Shown piece by piece: positions 49,120 to 61,432 of a stretch of 64,000 nucleotides of DNA. The number at the start of each line of letters is the position of its first letter. Position 1 is the first letter of the stretch. The notes below the pieces were generated by a model. The model worked only from the letters and a program-made list of their open reading frames with translations, was not told where the DNA came from and did no database searches. This DNA comes from Octopus sinensis (lineage: Eukaryota), in assembly GCF_006345805.1 (NCBI RefSeq), contig NC_042998.1:197098001-197162000 (forward strand), in the 5' to 3' direction. The translations under genes and the position numbers were made by a program.

Positions 49120-50080
49120 ATCTATATACTGTACCCAGTGTAAGCTATGGACACACAAGTGGGGTCGATTTACTTTCCACTTTTTTAAGGTGGCGAGCTG
49201 GCAGAACCGTTAGCACGCCGGGCGAAATGCATAGCCGTATTTCGTCTGCTGCTACGTTCTGAGTTCAAATTACGCCGAAGTCGACTTTGCCTTTCATCCT
49301 TTCGGAGTCGATAAAATTAAGTACCAGTTACGCACTGGGGTCGATGTAATCCGTATGTCTGTCCTTGTTTGTCCCCTCTATGTTTAGCCCCTTGTGGGCA
49401 GTAAAGAAATATATATACTGTACCCAGTGTAAGCTATGGACACACAAGTGGGGTCGATTTACTTTCCACTTTTTCAAGGCGGTGAGCTGGCAGAAACGTT
49501 AGCACGCCGGGTGAAATGCGTAGCCGTATTTCATTTGCCGTTACGTTCTGAGTTCAAATTCCGCCGAGGTCGACTTTGCCTTTCATCCTTTCGGGGTCGA
49601 TAAAGTAAGTACCAGTTACGCACTGGGGTCGATGTAATCGACTTAATCCGTTTGTCTGTCCTTGTTTGTCCTCTCTGTGTTTAGTCCCTTGTGGGTAATA
49701 AAGAAATAGGTATTTCGTCTGCTGCTACGTTCTGAGTTCAAATTCTGCCGAGGTTGACTTTGCCTTTCATCCTTTCGGGGTCGATAAAATTAAGTACCAG
49801 TTACGCACTGGGGTCGATGTAATCGACTTAATCCGTGTGTCTGTCCTTGTTTGTCCTCTCTGTGTTTAGCCCCTTGTGGGTAGTAAAGAAATAGGTATTT
49901 CGTCTGCTGCTACGTTCTGAGTTCAAATTCTGCCGAGGTTGACTTTGCCTTTCATCCTTTCGGGGTCGATAAAATTAAGTACCAATTACGCACTGGGGTC
50001 GATGTAATTGACTTAATCCGTGTGTCTGTCCTTGTTTGTCCACTCTATGTTTAGCCCCTTGTGGGTAGTAAAGAAACAAA
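49120..50080 (+). repeat. Family M SINE cluster: duplicated flank+SINE unit, then two ~185-bp headless tandem copies
   Basis: ~70-bp flank repeated at ~49120 and ~49410; tandem junctions at 49710 and 49895. Confidence 0.9.
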
Positions 50081-50721
50081 TATTAGAATCACGGACAGGA
50101 TAACAGAGAAAGCAGACACACTATATGCAGATACACGGAAGCAATAATCACTAAGTCCATGCCAGAAATAGATTTTATAAAGTGTTCAGTTGGTTCCCTA
50201 GAAGTATATGTTTGTCTCCTGCCAAACCTACATTTGCTGATACCCTTTGCTGACCCCTCCCATTACATATCTGTTGAATACCTTCCCTCTTACAATCATC
50301 TCTCCATCATTTCAGTCATCTCATCCTGCTATCCCCTTTCTCTCCTACCACCAATAAAATTTGTAGACTATGAATGGTTGTTCTGCATATCACCCTTGAT
50401 CACTCTGCCTCTTTCCATCCTTCACTGGACCCAGGTATGAGGGAATACACTTCTTCATCATCATTATGCTACCTGTGCCACCTGACTTTTCTCCATCCAT
50501 CTTCCCAGTCACCCTATCAATCATGATGCTTACTCGTGCACTCACTGCTGTCCATCACTACCGCTATTCTTTTTCTCTCAGCATCCCTTCTCTACAGCTT
50601 CTTTCACATCAACACCCCACTCCCTTGATCCCTACACTTTTCTTTCAATGACTCTCACTGAACTCTTGCCACCCTCATCTAGTTTCATTGTTTCATATTT
50701 CCTTCTCACACATCTTCCACC

Positions 50722-51123
50722 CTCTTTTACTCTTTTACTTGTTTCAGTCATTTGACTGCGGCCATGCTGGAGCACCGCCTTTAGTCGAGCAAATCGACCC
50801 CAGGACTTATTCTTTGTAAGCCCAGTACTTATTCTATCGGTCTCTTTTTGCCGAACCGCTAAGTGACGGGGACGTAAACACACCAGCATCGGTTGTCAAG
50901 CAATGCTAGAGGGACAAACACAGACACACAAACACACACACATACATATATATATACATATATACGACGGGCTTCTTTCAGTTTCCGTCTACCAAATCCA
51001 CTGACAAGGCATTGGTCGGCCCGGGGCTATAGCAGAAGACACTTGCCCAAGGTGCCACGCAGTGGGACTGAACCCGGAACCATGTGGTTGGTTAGCAAGC
51101 TACTTACCACACAGCCACTCCTG
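50722..51123 (-). mobile_element. Family O SINE, full length
   Basis: As other copies. Confidence 0.85.
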
Positions 51124-51800
51124 TCCTTCTTTTTCTCACAAACCACAGACCTTTATCCTTTCTCCCTTCCATGATAGTGACAACTCTGTTATTATCTCCA
51201 TTACCACCCCTTCATAACTATAAATTAGTTAATTTCATAATACATTTCTCATCACTTCAACTAAAATCACCACACTGTCTCTTACTACAACTCTCCTTCA
51301 GTTATAGCCCTCCTACACACATTTTGAGCCCTTAGCCTTCCAAGTTCAGGGTGACCTCCCTAATAGTGGTCCCATGTGAAAAGCACACTTTACTCTTTGT
51401 AAAGTGGCTGGCATTAGAAAGGACTTTCAGCTGTTGAAACCATACCAAAACAGACATTGGAGCATGATATGGTTCTTTGACTCAATGAATTCTGTTGAAC
51501 CATCCAACCCACGAAGCACAGGCAGTGGACATTAAATGATAATTGATATATTTCTGTATCTTTAACTTTGTTTTTTACCTTTCTCTGAATAGATGAGCTT
51601 CCTGGTGACCATGTTAATGGGTAGGCTTCTGTTGCAGTTGTGGAGAACTTGTTTCCTTTATAGATGTGTTATTTCATGGTTGACTTCTGCAATTTATTTG
51701 TTCCCATTTTAAGACAGGAGTTGATTTGGTCGAGATATTGCTAGCAGGACTCTTATAGAAAGCCCCAAAGTTAAATTCTTTGTTTTGATATTGTTTAGAC

Positions 51801-52019
51801 CAGTGCTTTTCAAACTTTTTGCTGAAGTGGAACCCCAAGGAAACATTCCACTGGCTCGAGGAACCCCTGTGCAATAATTTAGTAGTCTTATACACACATA
51901 TCTGCACAGGAGAATTAAAAATTACTGCCGATTTTAGCAGTTTTGTAACTTCTTGTGGAACCCCTGGACTGTACTGGCGGAACCCTAAGGTTCCGAGGAA
52001 CCCTGGTTGAAAACCACTG
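51801..52019. mobile_element. hAT-type MITE
   Basis: TIRs cagtgcttttcaaac / gttgaaaaccactg; 8-bp TSD gtttagac (51793-51800, 52020-52027). Confidence 0.85.
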
Positions 52020-52300
52020 GTTTAGACCAATCATCAATGAGGTTCCAACTATGATCATCCTGATATTTTCCTATTATTTTGTATTTGTAAAACTACGAAT
52101 GTAAGTGAGAGAACTGAAAGAGATTTTGTTTTTTTAACGTTTTGGTAACCGAATGAGTGACTTGTTAGAAGTATTCATAGTTAGTTACTATTTTGTCGAC
52201 TCATCTTGGTTTTAACTCTTACTAATCTCCTCACAATTTTGCTATGAATTAAAACAACAACAACAATAAAAGCCCAACAACTAATTGTTTATTTTAACAG

Positions 52301-52364
52301 TCGAAGTCAAGAGTGGAAGTTACAATGAGACAAAAGATGCCAAGGAAACTATTGTCCGGAGAAG
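52301..52364 (+). CDS. Exon 11 (SKSRVEVTMRQKMPRKLLSGE)
   Basis: Acceptor ttgtttattttaacAG, donor GTAATG, 64 nt, phase 0 to 1, joins exon 12 as GFDPRK. Confidence 0.7.
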
Positions 52365-52461
52365 GTAATGAAACTTTTATGTGTAATTTCTTTCTTAGCT
52401 TGAAATATTTGTTTTTGTTTATTTTAAAGGTTATTCTAGTGCATTATACATACTTGATATA

Positions 52462-52850
52462 CAGGCGCAGGAGTGGCTGTGTGGTAAGTAGCTTGCTAAC
52501 CAGCCACATGGTTCCGGGTTCAGTCCCACTGCGTGGCATCTTGGGCAAGTGTCTTCTGCTATAGCCCCGGGCCGACCAATGCCTTGTGAGTGGATTTGGT
52601 AGATGGAAACTGAAAGAAGCCTGTCGTATATATGTATGTGTGTGTATATGTTTGTGTGTCTGTGTTTGTTCCCCTAGCATTGCTTGACAACTAATGCTGG
52701 TGCGTTTACATCCCCGTCACTTAGCGGTTCGGCAAAAGAGAATGATAGAATAAGTACTGGGCTTACAAAGAATAAGTCCCGGGGTCGACTAAAGGCGGTG
52801 CTCCAGCATGGCCACAGTCAAATGACTGAAACTAGTAAAAAGAAAAAAAA
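52462..52850 (+). mobile_element. Family O SINE, full length
   Basis: As other copies. Confidence 0.85.
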
Positions 52851-54442
52851 AAAAAATGCGGCTGTTTTTGAAAAAAGTTGCTTTACAACTGTACGTATCT
52901 GAGTTTGATCCTATTGCAAGGGACCTTGTGTTTTCTATCATAGCCTTGTAAGTGAAATTTAGTAGATGAAAACCTTAGAAAAGCCTATTGAAAGGACTGT
53001 GCCAGTTCTTGGGTGGTAGATTTGGTCTATTGCCCAGTTAAACCCTACCGTCTCAATCTTGTGTGCCTTTAGAGAAGTATATTCTGTTGCAAGCATTCAG
53101 ACCAGATTGCCTATCTTACTACCATTATTCTCAGGGGCTCTGAAAAGAGTCGTGGGCATTGACCTTCCTTCTATGATTAAATGAGAACAGAAAATTATTC
53201 TCATAAGAAAGAATAAAGGGCAAAGTAAGCCTTGTTGCGAATTTGAGCTCAAAACACTAAAATGCACTGAACGAAATAGTATAAAACTTGAGAAAGATAT
53301 ATTTTTATCCTCATTCAAAAATTTATGTAGAGGTCACATAACGCGCTTATGCAGTCAAAGACGACCCTTTCAATGGCTAGTGACAAGGGGGACCTCTTCA
53401 TTGCAACCCCAATCTTCTGGATGAAGTTAAATTGACAGAAATTGTGTGCAAACCCCAGTGAGATGGATTGTACACGTTTTTTTTTGGGTGGTGGCTTTAA
53501 TATGCTATTGCCATTTATTTGACTTATGTGAAGTTCCATTATTAAGAATATTCAAACCAGGTTCATGTGTTGTAGTTCCTTCCTCTTTTGCATTTACTAG
53601 TCTTTGAGACCTGAAAAACTGAAGGAACTGTCTGGACTCCTGACTAAATCCTGTTAAATATAGAATCAACTAGAACCAAAGTGGTTGATGGATGATGTTC
53701 TTCTTGAGTTAACCTTTAAAAATATACAATAAAAGGGCATGGAACTTACTGAAACAACTCCAACTTGACAGAAATAGCTATTGTTGAGATTTTTCTTGGA
53801 CATGGCATAAAAAAATAACCAATGTCTCAAAGGAGTGAGTGTCGTAGAGTTTAGTTACATCCAACAAACACTAAAGTTTTTCCCAAAATCCAGGGTTTTT
53901 ATAACTGCTCGACTTGACTTTAAAGAATCGAAATCCATTACAAATATTCTTTAACTAATTTACAGAATCCCTATATGAGCAGTTATATTAACCAATGGGA
54001 AAACGACAATCATATTTCTTCGGCAATACGTCATATTGCCAGCTGTCACAAATTGGCGCTACACGCCTCACTATGTACATTTGATAATCATTATTTGAAG
54101 ATAAATCCTATGTTAGTAACCTCTCATTCAATAAATTTATGCATAATGAAATAAATTCATACGCCTTGGGATATAAATTTATTTTATTATGCAAATTTAT
54201 TTCAGTTGGATATTTTTGGAAGGATGATTCTTTAAGTATTTAATCAATTTGAAAACTAATTTGAATGCATTTGATTCGACTAAGTCACTCAAATCCTAGC
54301 CATTATGAAGTCCTCCTTCATCTTTTCTCGTCATTCCATTTGTGGTCTCCTGTCTTTCTCAACAGACCACAAAGTAGTATCAATCGGTAAATTTATGAAC
54401 ACTTTAATAACATTAATGGAATGAAACAAATGTTTCATATAT

Positions 54443-54918
54443 AGGCGCAGGAGTGGCTGTGTGGTAAGTAGCTTGCTTACCAATCACATGGTTCCGGGTT
54501 CAGTCCCACTACGTAGCACCTTGGGCAAGTGTCTTTTACTATAGCCTCGGACTGACCAAAGCCTTGTGAGTGGATTTGGTAGATGGAAACTGAAAGAAGC
54601 CTGTCGTATATATGTATATATATATATGTGTATGTGTGTGTGTGTGTGTGCGTGTCTGTGTTTGTCGTATATATGTATGTCATATGTCGTATATATGTAT
54701 GTGTGTCTGTGTTTGTCCCCCCAACATTGCTTGACAACCGATGCTGGTGTGTTTATGCTCCCGTAACTTAGCAGTTCGGCAAAAGAGACCGATAGAATAA
54801 GTACTAGGCTTACAAAGAATAAGTTCTGGGGTCAATTTGCTTGACTAAAGGTGGCGGTGCTCCAGCATGGCCACAGTCAAATGACTGAAACAAGTATAAG
54901 AGTAAAAGAGGGTAAAAG
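54443..54918 (+). mobile_element. Family O SINE with partly duplicated linker
   Basis: gtcgtatatatgtatgt repeated inside the linker. Confidence 0.85.
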
Positions 54919-55159
54919 AGTATATATAGAGAAGTGAAAAACTTGTGACATTCATGCCTTTCCCAAGAACATTAGCTGCTTATTGAAACCATGTTGCTCT
55001 CCTTTTACTCTGTGACTTACTCTCTAATAAATATTATAAATATACATAATCCCATTTTAATCCTCACTGCATTGCTTTCTATCACATTTTCAGCTGGCAG
55101 ATTACAGAAAATGTCAAGAGGTAAGTTTCTCAGTAACTTCTCAAAGTTGTTGAATAATT

Positions 55160-55387
55160 TTAACCCTTTAGTGTTCGCATTATTCTACCAAGATTAATAC
55201 TTTTTAATCCACATTGTTTTGAACTAATCATGCATTATCTTGTAACTATGAGAATTTGATGAGGCAGATGTTAATTTTTAAAACGATATTGTAGGATTGG
55301 TGTGAGAGACCAGATCTGGCCAGTTTGAACATAGAACAGGCAGAATACTTTTAGCGGATATGGCCGGTTTAAATGCTAAAGGGTTAA
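55160..55387. mobile_element. piggyBac-like MITE (second family)
   Basis: TTAA-CCCTTTAG...CTAAAGGG-TTAA. Confidence 0.7.
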
Positions 55388-55628
55388 TGGCATGTGTAAA
55401 AAGATTCGAGCGAGGTCATTGCCAGTACCGCCTGACTGTCCCCCGTGCCGGTGGCATGTAAAAAAACACCCACTACACTCTCGGAGTGGTTGGCGTTAGG
55501 AAGGGCATCCAGCTGTAGCAACCTTTCCAGATCAAGATTGGAGCCTGGTGCAGCCGTCTGGTTTGCCAGCCCTCAGTCAAAATCATCCAACCCATGCTAG
55601 CATAGAAAGCGGACGTTAAACAATGATT
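55388..55628 (+). mobile_element. Family R SINE
   Basis: RTE-type tail. Confidence 0.8.
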
Positions 55629-56078
55629 ATTTCTTAGAACTTTCAGTGTTATATGCCACACCCATCAGCATCTACTGGTTCGGTGAGTTCACCAGTGGTC
55701 AACCTATCAGTGCAGGTCCAGCAGGATGTACTTATGAACCGTGAAAAAATTACCACCATTTGCCACCAGGTGGAGCTCACTATTTTCACATGCTACTGTA
55801 ATGCTGTAATAGCTCTATGACACTATGTCTTTTGACATACTTCTAATTCAAGTACCATAAACCAATAAATAAAGTTCTTTAAGTATGTTATGCCAAACCA
55901 CTTAAATTCCTTCTGCAGCCTGTCTCTGCAGCGGCTGCTGCTCCACATACTCTCTCTGCAGAATACAGGTACAACATCAATTTTCTGGAATCTTTAGTTT
56001 CAAAACTTTTCTGGATTGCTGAATTTTTTGAACTGGAGTTGGTCACCTTGGTCAACACACTCTAAATTAAACAAATTT

Positions 56079-56480
56079 ATAGGCGCAGGAGTGGCTGTGT
56101 GGTAAGTAGCTTGCTTACCAGCCACATGGTTCCGGGTTCAGTCCCACTGCGTGGCACCTTGGGCAAGTGTCTTCTGCTATAGCCTTGGGCCGACCAATGC
56201 CCTGTGAGTGGATTTGGTAGATGGAAACTGAAAGAAGCCTGTCGTATATATGTATATATGTGTATATGTTTGTGTGTCTGTGTTTGTCCCCCTAGCATTG
56301 CTTGACAACCAATGCTGGTGTGTTTATGTCCCTGTCACTTAGCGGTTCGGCAAAAGAGACCGATAGAATAAGTACTGGGCTTACAAAGAATAAGTCCTGG
56401 GGTCGATTTGGTCGACTAAAGGCGGTGCTCCAGCATGGCCACAGTCAAATGACTGAAACAAGTAAAAGAGTAAAAGAGTA
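56079..56480 (+). mobile_element. Family O SINE, full length
   Basis: As other copies. Confidence 0.85.
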
Positions 56481-57405
56481 AAAACTATTAAATTTCCTTA
56501 AAGAATTAAATGAAATACAGACCCTGGACATTAGTGTAAATTAATGTGGATTATAAGAGGATTTGAAACATCAGTATCTTGCAAGTCAATGTTGTATCTA
56601 TACCATCTGTGGTGTGTGCGAGATAGTTGAAGGGTCTGATGATGTCGCTGGCGATCCTGATTTTCGTGGAACGCCGAAATAGCTTGTGGTGTGTGCAAGA
56701 TAGTTGATATATAAAGGCACCTACCTTCTCTTCGCTCCGATAGAGACCCTTCAGTGGTAACGGATCCTTCGTCACAACCCCAACCTGAATACTAAAGATA
56801 GCAGCTGCTTCACCCAACCTTAGCAACGTCTTCACACGTCTTAACACCTCGACGACCCACGTTGGAAAGGCCGAAATCCCCGCTGCCTGCGAACGCCTCA
56901 CTGCTGCCCCTTCCAGTTGCCCCAGCTTCCGGTCAACGCACCCAGCTGCTGACGTCATCCCACACCATCTTCCAAATAGTACCATTTATTCTCATCACAT
57001 ATCTAAACTATTGAAATCACTTCTTTCTGCCCTTCTGTCTCTCATACTATTCTTCTCATTCTCTAAACAAAATAAATGGTAGCTGGGTGAAGAATTATCT
57101 TTTTTCCCATGCAAGTCATTGTTCTTGAGCTCTGGTTGGCTCTGATCAAGTGAATCTATACTTGAAAACATTCCAGTCATGATCATCTTATCCTATTTTC
57201 AGGTATGGTGCATCGAAGACCATTTTATCTTCACATTTTTTTCTAAAAATGGTTGGATGTAATTTGAGAGAAATTTGACAGCTATTTTTAACAGAACAAA
57301 TGGCCATATTGAGACTTTCTGGTTTGTTTGTTGAGTGGTGTGTAGGAGGAATGTATTGTGACCTCTTCGTTGTTTACCTTTTACACATTTATATTTCTTA
57401 TTTAG

Positions 57406-58351
57406 GTTTTGACCCTCGAAAGCAAAAATCCATTTTGAAAGACAAGAACATAGCTGAAGACGGAGTTCCAGTGTCAAAGCCTGATCCAAAAGCTCCTTCT
57501 GCGGAAACTGTAACGGATGTTGACTCTGCTAAATTGAAAGAGCAAAAGACGGCAGAGGAAGAAAAGAAAGACAAGGAAGAAAAGAAAGACAAGGAAGACA
57601 AGGAAATGACAAAAGGGGACCAGAAACCAGTAAAAAAAGAAGTAAAATTAGCAATGGAAAGAGGAAAACAAAAAGAAAAAATAGAGGAAAAAGAAGGAGC
57701 ATCAACAGAAACAACAGAGAAAGGAGAAAAAGAAAGGGAAAGAGGAAAAGAAAGAGAAAAAGAAAGAGAAAGAATAAAAGCCAAAAGATTACCAATGGAT
57801 AAGGAAATATTAGAACAAGAGGAATCAAGAAAATCAATACTGGCAGAGATTGAACGTTTGCGTCGGAAAATGGAATCTGAAGGATTGACAGAAGAAGAGG
57901 CGGCAAGACTTGCAGAGCTTGAAGCAAAGAATTTGGAAGTTGAAAAGGCTTTAAAATTGAAGAAAAAAGAACGAAAGATGTTGGTAGCACAAGCAGCTGC
58001 TTTAGCATATGAAGAAGCTGAGAGTTTGACAATGGAAGAAGGTGAGAAGTTAAAGAGGAAAAAAGGTAAAAGGAGGCATGTAAAGGATGAAGGACAACTT
58101 TTGGGTGCGAAGGATGAAGGACAACTTTTGGGTGCGAAGGATGACGGACAACATTTAGGTGCGAAGGATGATGGACAAGTTTTAGGTGCGGAGGATGAAC
58201 AACAACTTTTGGCTGAGAGAGAAATATCTGAAAGATTGTCAACGGATGATGAAGAAGATGAAGAAGAAGAAGTAGAAGAGGAGACTGAAAGCGAAACCGA
58301 CAGTGAGGAAATGAGATTTCTGGAAGAACTTCTGGATTCAGGTGTAGACTG
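57406..58351 (+). CDS. Exon 12, large Glu/Lys-rich, probably coiled-coil exon (GFDPRKQKS...EELLDSGVDW)
   Basis: Acceptor atatttcttatttAG; 946 nt open frame inside ORF 57300-58355; ends at donor GTAAGA (58352) or reads through to TAA 58353-58355. Confidence 0.9.
58083..58217 (+). repeat. Coding tandem repeat, 5 x 27 bp (KDEGQLLGA-like nonamer)
   Basis: aaggatgaaggacaacttttgggtgcg repeated in frame; first two units identical, later ones diverged. Confidence 0.9.
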
Positions 58352-58535
58352 GTAAGATTTTTGGGATCTAGACAAAACATTAGCGTAAGAAGTTGTTCAA
58401 ATGCCACCAAGATCAGGTTTGCTTTTCATCCCTCCAGGTTTCACAAAATAGAATACCTGTCAAGTACTGGAATCAATGTAACTGACTAAATTTCCCCTCC
58501 TCGAATTTCAGGCCTTGTATCCATTTTAGAAATAA

Positions 58536-58936
58536 CTAGCAGTATCGCCCGGCGTTGCTTGGGTTTGTAAGGGAAATAACTATACAAGCATTTTTAGAGA
58601 TGTAAAGTATAATAGCCATCTCAATATGGCTAACCACAAAGGTGGGGGGTGTTACTGTAGATTTTTACGTTCTGAGATTTAATAATAAATTTTTAGAGAG
58701 TTACTTCCCTTATATAATAGCGAAAAAAATGCATTAAAATGGGAAAAATTGATGGTAAATTTTTTTTTAAATCGTAGACTCATCGTAGACGCGCACTAAT
58801 ACCCAGAAGGGCTCGATATGAATCACGACTATAAGATACCTGGTTTTGGTTAAACTGCACCGCAAAATGTGAGAGTAGTTAGGAATCTAAATCGTAGGAG
58901 ACAGACAGCACACAACCCCTCTTTTATATATAAAGA
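58536..58936 (-). mobile_element. Helitron-like family A
   Basis: CTAG at 58536-58539 and GA at 58935-58936; homologous to 92-495 and 37666-38067. Confidence 0.8.
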
Positions 58937-58962
58937 TTATTATTGCTGCTGTTACCCCTATT

Positions 58963-58997
<35 letters not shown>

Positions 58998-60086
58998 CCA
59001 AGGTGGTATGCTGGCAGAATTGTTAGCATGCCAGGCGAAATGCTTAGTGGTGTTTTGTCCCCCATCACGCTACTGGTTTCAAATTCCACTGAGGTTGACT
59101 TTGCGTTTCATCCTTTCGGGGTCAATAAATTAAGTACCAGCGAAACACTGGGGGGGGGGGCGATATAATCAACTCATCCCCTCCCTCCAAAATAGCTGCC
59201 CTTGTGACAAAATTTGAAACCATTATTATTATTATTATTATTATTATATTATTATTATTATTATCCAAGGTGGTGAGCTGGCAAAATCGTTAGTATGCCA
59301 GGTGAAATGCTTAGTGGTATTTTGTCTACTTTCACATTCTGAGTTCAAATACCACCAGGGTTGACTTTGCCTTTCAACCATTTGGAGTCGATAAATTAAG
59401 TACCAGTTACGTACTGGGGTTGATGTAATCGACTTAATCCCTTCCCCCAAATTTGAGGCCTTGTGCTTCCAGTAGAAAGGATTATTATCATTACCATCAT
59501 CCTCATCATTATAATTATTATTATTATTATTATTATTATTGAGTGAGAGAGCAGTGCATGCCATCAAAGTGATAATGGGGTAAAAAATACGAAGCCCAGT
59601 ATACCCGTCTGATAAGGGTACACAAGGCACATGCATCACAACCATATGTGCGCAACATGGTGATATCATATCAAGATAAACAGCGCATGACCTTGCAGGT
59701 GGGGCCCAGTTAGAATTTTCTTCTGGTCGAGTAGCCCATCCCGCTCAAAAGGTCCCTGAATAAGGGTTGTTTAAGGATGTTGAACGAACCACCCCTGTTT
59801 CCAAAGGTGAATTATCCAAACCTCTAAGAATCCCTCTCAACACATGGCTATGATGCTCACCCCAACAACTTCTGCTCATGATCAGAGATGCACTTATTGT
59901 CCAGCCACTAAGGGACATGCTCAACTGGTTAAGGTCAAACAACTGACAAGCAAATCTGTGGTATTGAGCAGAATATTTGCTGTAGCCCATCTTTTTATAC
60001 CAAGACAAAACAATGTACATGGTAACACTTCCAATCAGTTAAGATCAGGAGCCATGAGAGCCACTGCCTGGTACTGCATCAGGGAC

Positions 60087-60128
<42 letters not shown>

Positions 60129-61020
60129 GGTGGTGAGCTGGCAGAATTATTAGCATGCTGGATAAAATACTTATTTCACCTGTTGCTATATTCTGAGTTC
60201 AAATTCCACTGAGATTGATTTTACCTTTCATCCTTTTGGGGTCGATAAAATAAGTACCAGTCGATGATATTGACTCATCCCTTCCCCACATGTGGCAAAA
60301 TTTGAAAGCATTATTATTATTATTATTATTATTTTGCTGAAAACTCTCAGCTTAATTTTCTGGGTATAATGGATGGAAAGTGTAATCTGCTCACTGTCAG
60401 CAGATGAAGGTGGCTCAGCTGATGGAATTGTTAACAAGCTGAGCAAAATGCTTTGTGGCATTTCAACTGTTTTTACATTCAGAGTTCAAGCACCGCTGCC
60501 ATTGAGGTTGACTTTACTTTTCATTCTTGTGGAGTCGATAAAATAAGTACCAGTTGAGCACTGGGGTCAATGTAATCTGTTTCTTTATTGCCCACAAGGG
60601 GCTAAACATAGAGGGGACAAACAAGGACAGACAAACAGATTAAGTCGATTACATCAACCCCAGTGCATAACTGGTACTTAATTTATCGACCCCGAAAGGA
60701 TGAAAGGCAAAGTCGACCTCGGCGGAATTTGAACTCAGAACTCAACAACAGATGCAATACCGCTAAGCATTTCGCCCGGTGTGCTAACATTTCTGCCAGC
60801 TCGCCATCTGGGGTCAATGTAATCAACTAGCCCCTGCCTCTAAAATTGCTGACCTTGTGCCTATAGCAGAAAAGATTATTATTATTATTAAGGCAGTGAG
60901 CTGGCAGAAATGGTTAGTGGCATTTCATCTGTTCTGGTTTCAAATTCTGCCACGGTCAACTCGGTCCTTCATCCTTTTGGGGTTGATGAAATAAATCACA
61001 GTTGAATACTGAAGCTGATT
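58937..61020. repeat. Dense cluster of (ATT)n tracts interleaved with diverged family M-like SINEs and a family T element (59541-60090)
   Basis: At least five aaggtggtgagctggc-type heads, most starting directly after (ATT)n. Confidence 0.75.
60578..60807 (-). mobile_element. Young family M SINE nested antisense in an older M-like copy
   Basis: 17-bp TSD ctggggtcaatgtaatc (60561-60577, 60808-60824). Confidence 0.85.
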
Positions 61021-61031
61021 TTATTGACATC

Positions 61032-61432
61032 CTCATCATCATCATCATTGTTTAACGTCCGCTTTCCATGCTAGCATGGGTTGGACGATTTTGACTGAGG
61101 GCTGGCGAACCAGATGGCTCCAATCTTGATCTGGCAGAGTTTCTACAGCTGGATGCCCTTCCTAACGCCAACCGGTCCGAGAGTGTAGTGGGTGCTTTTT
61201 ATATGCCACTGACACAGGGCCAGTCAGGTGGTACTGGCAATGACCTCGCTCGAATCTTTTTACACATGTCACCGGCACAGGTGCCAGTAAGGTGACGTTG
61301 GTAACGATCACGCTCAAATGGTGCCCTTTTACGTGCCATCGGCATGGAAGCCAGCTGGCTGCTCTGACAATGATCACGCTTGGATGATGCTCTTGGCACC
61401 CTACTAACATGGGCACAAGTGCCAGTAAGGCG
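61032..61432 (-). mobile_element. Family R SINE
   Basis: (CAT)n plus reverse tail. Confidence 0.85.

Noticed and set aside
51593-51620. Candidate mini-exon with good polypyrimidine tract and GTAGGC donor
   Set aside because: Including it shifts exon 11 into a frame that does not join exon 12; exon 10 to 11 joins directly.
57398-58410. Minus-strand 325-aa and 293-aa ORFs (Ser/Phe/Leu-rich)
   Set aside because: Antisense shadows of the purine-rich exon 12.
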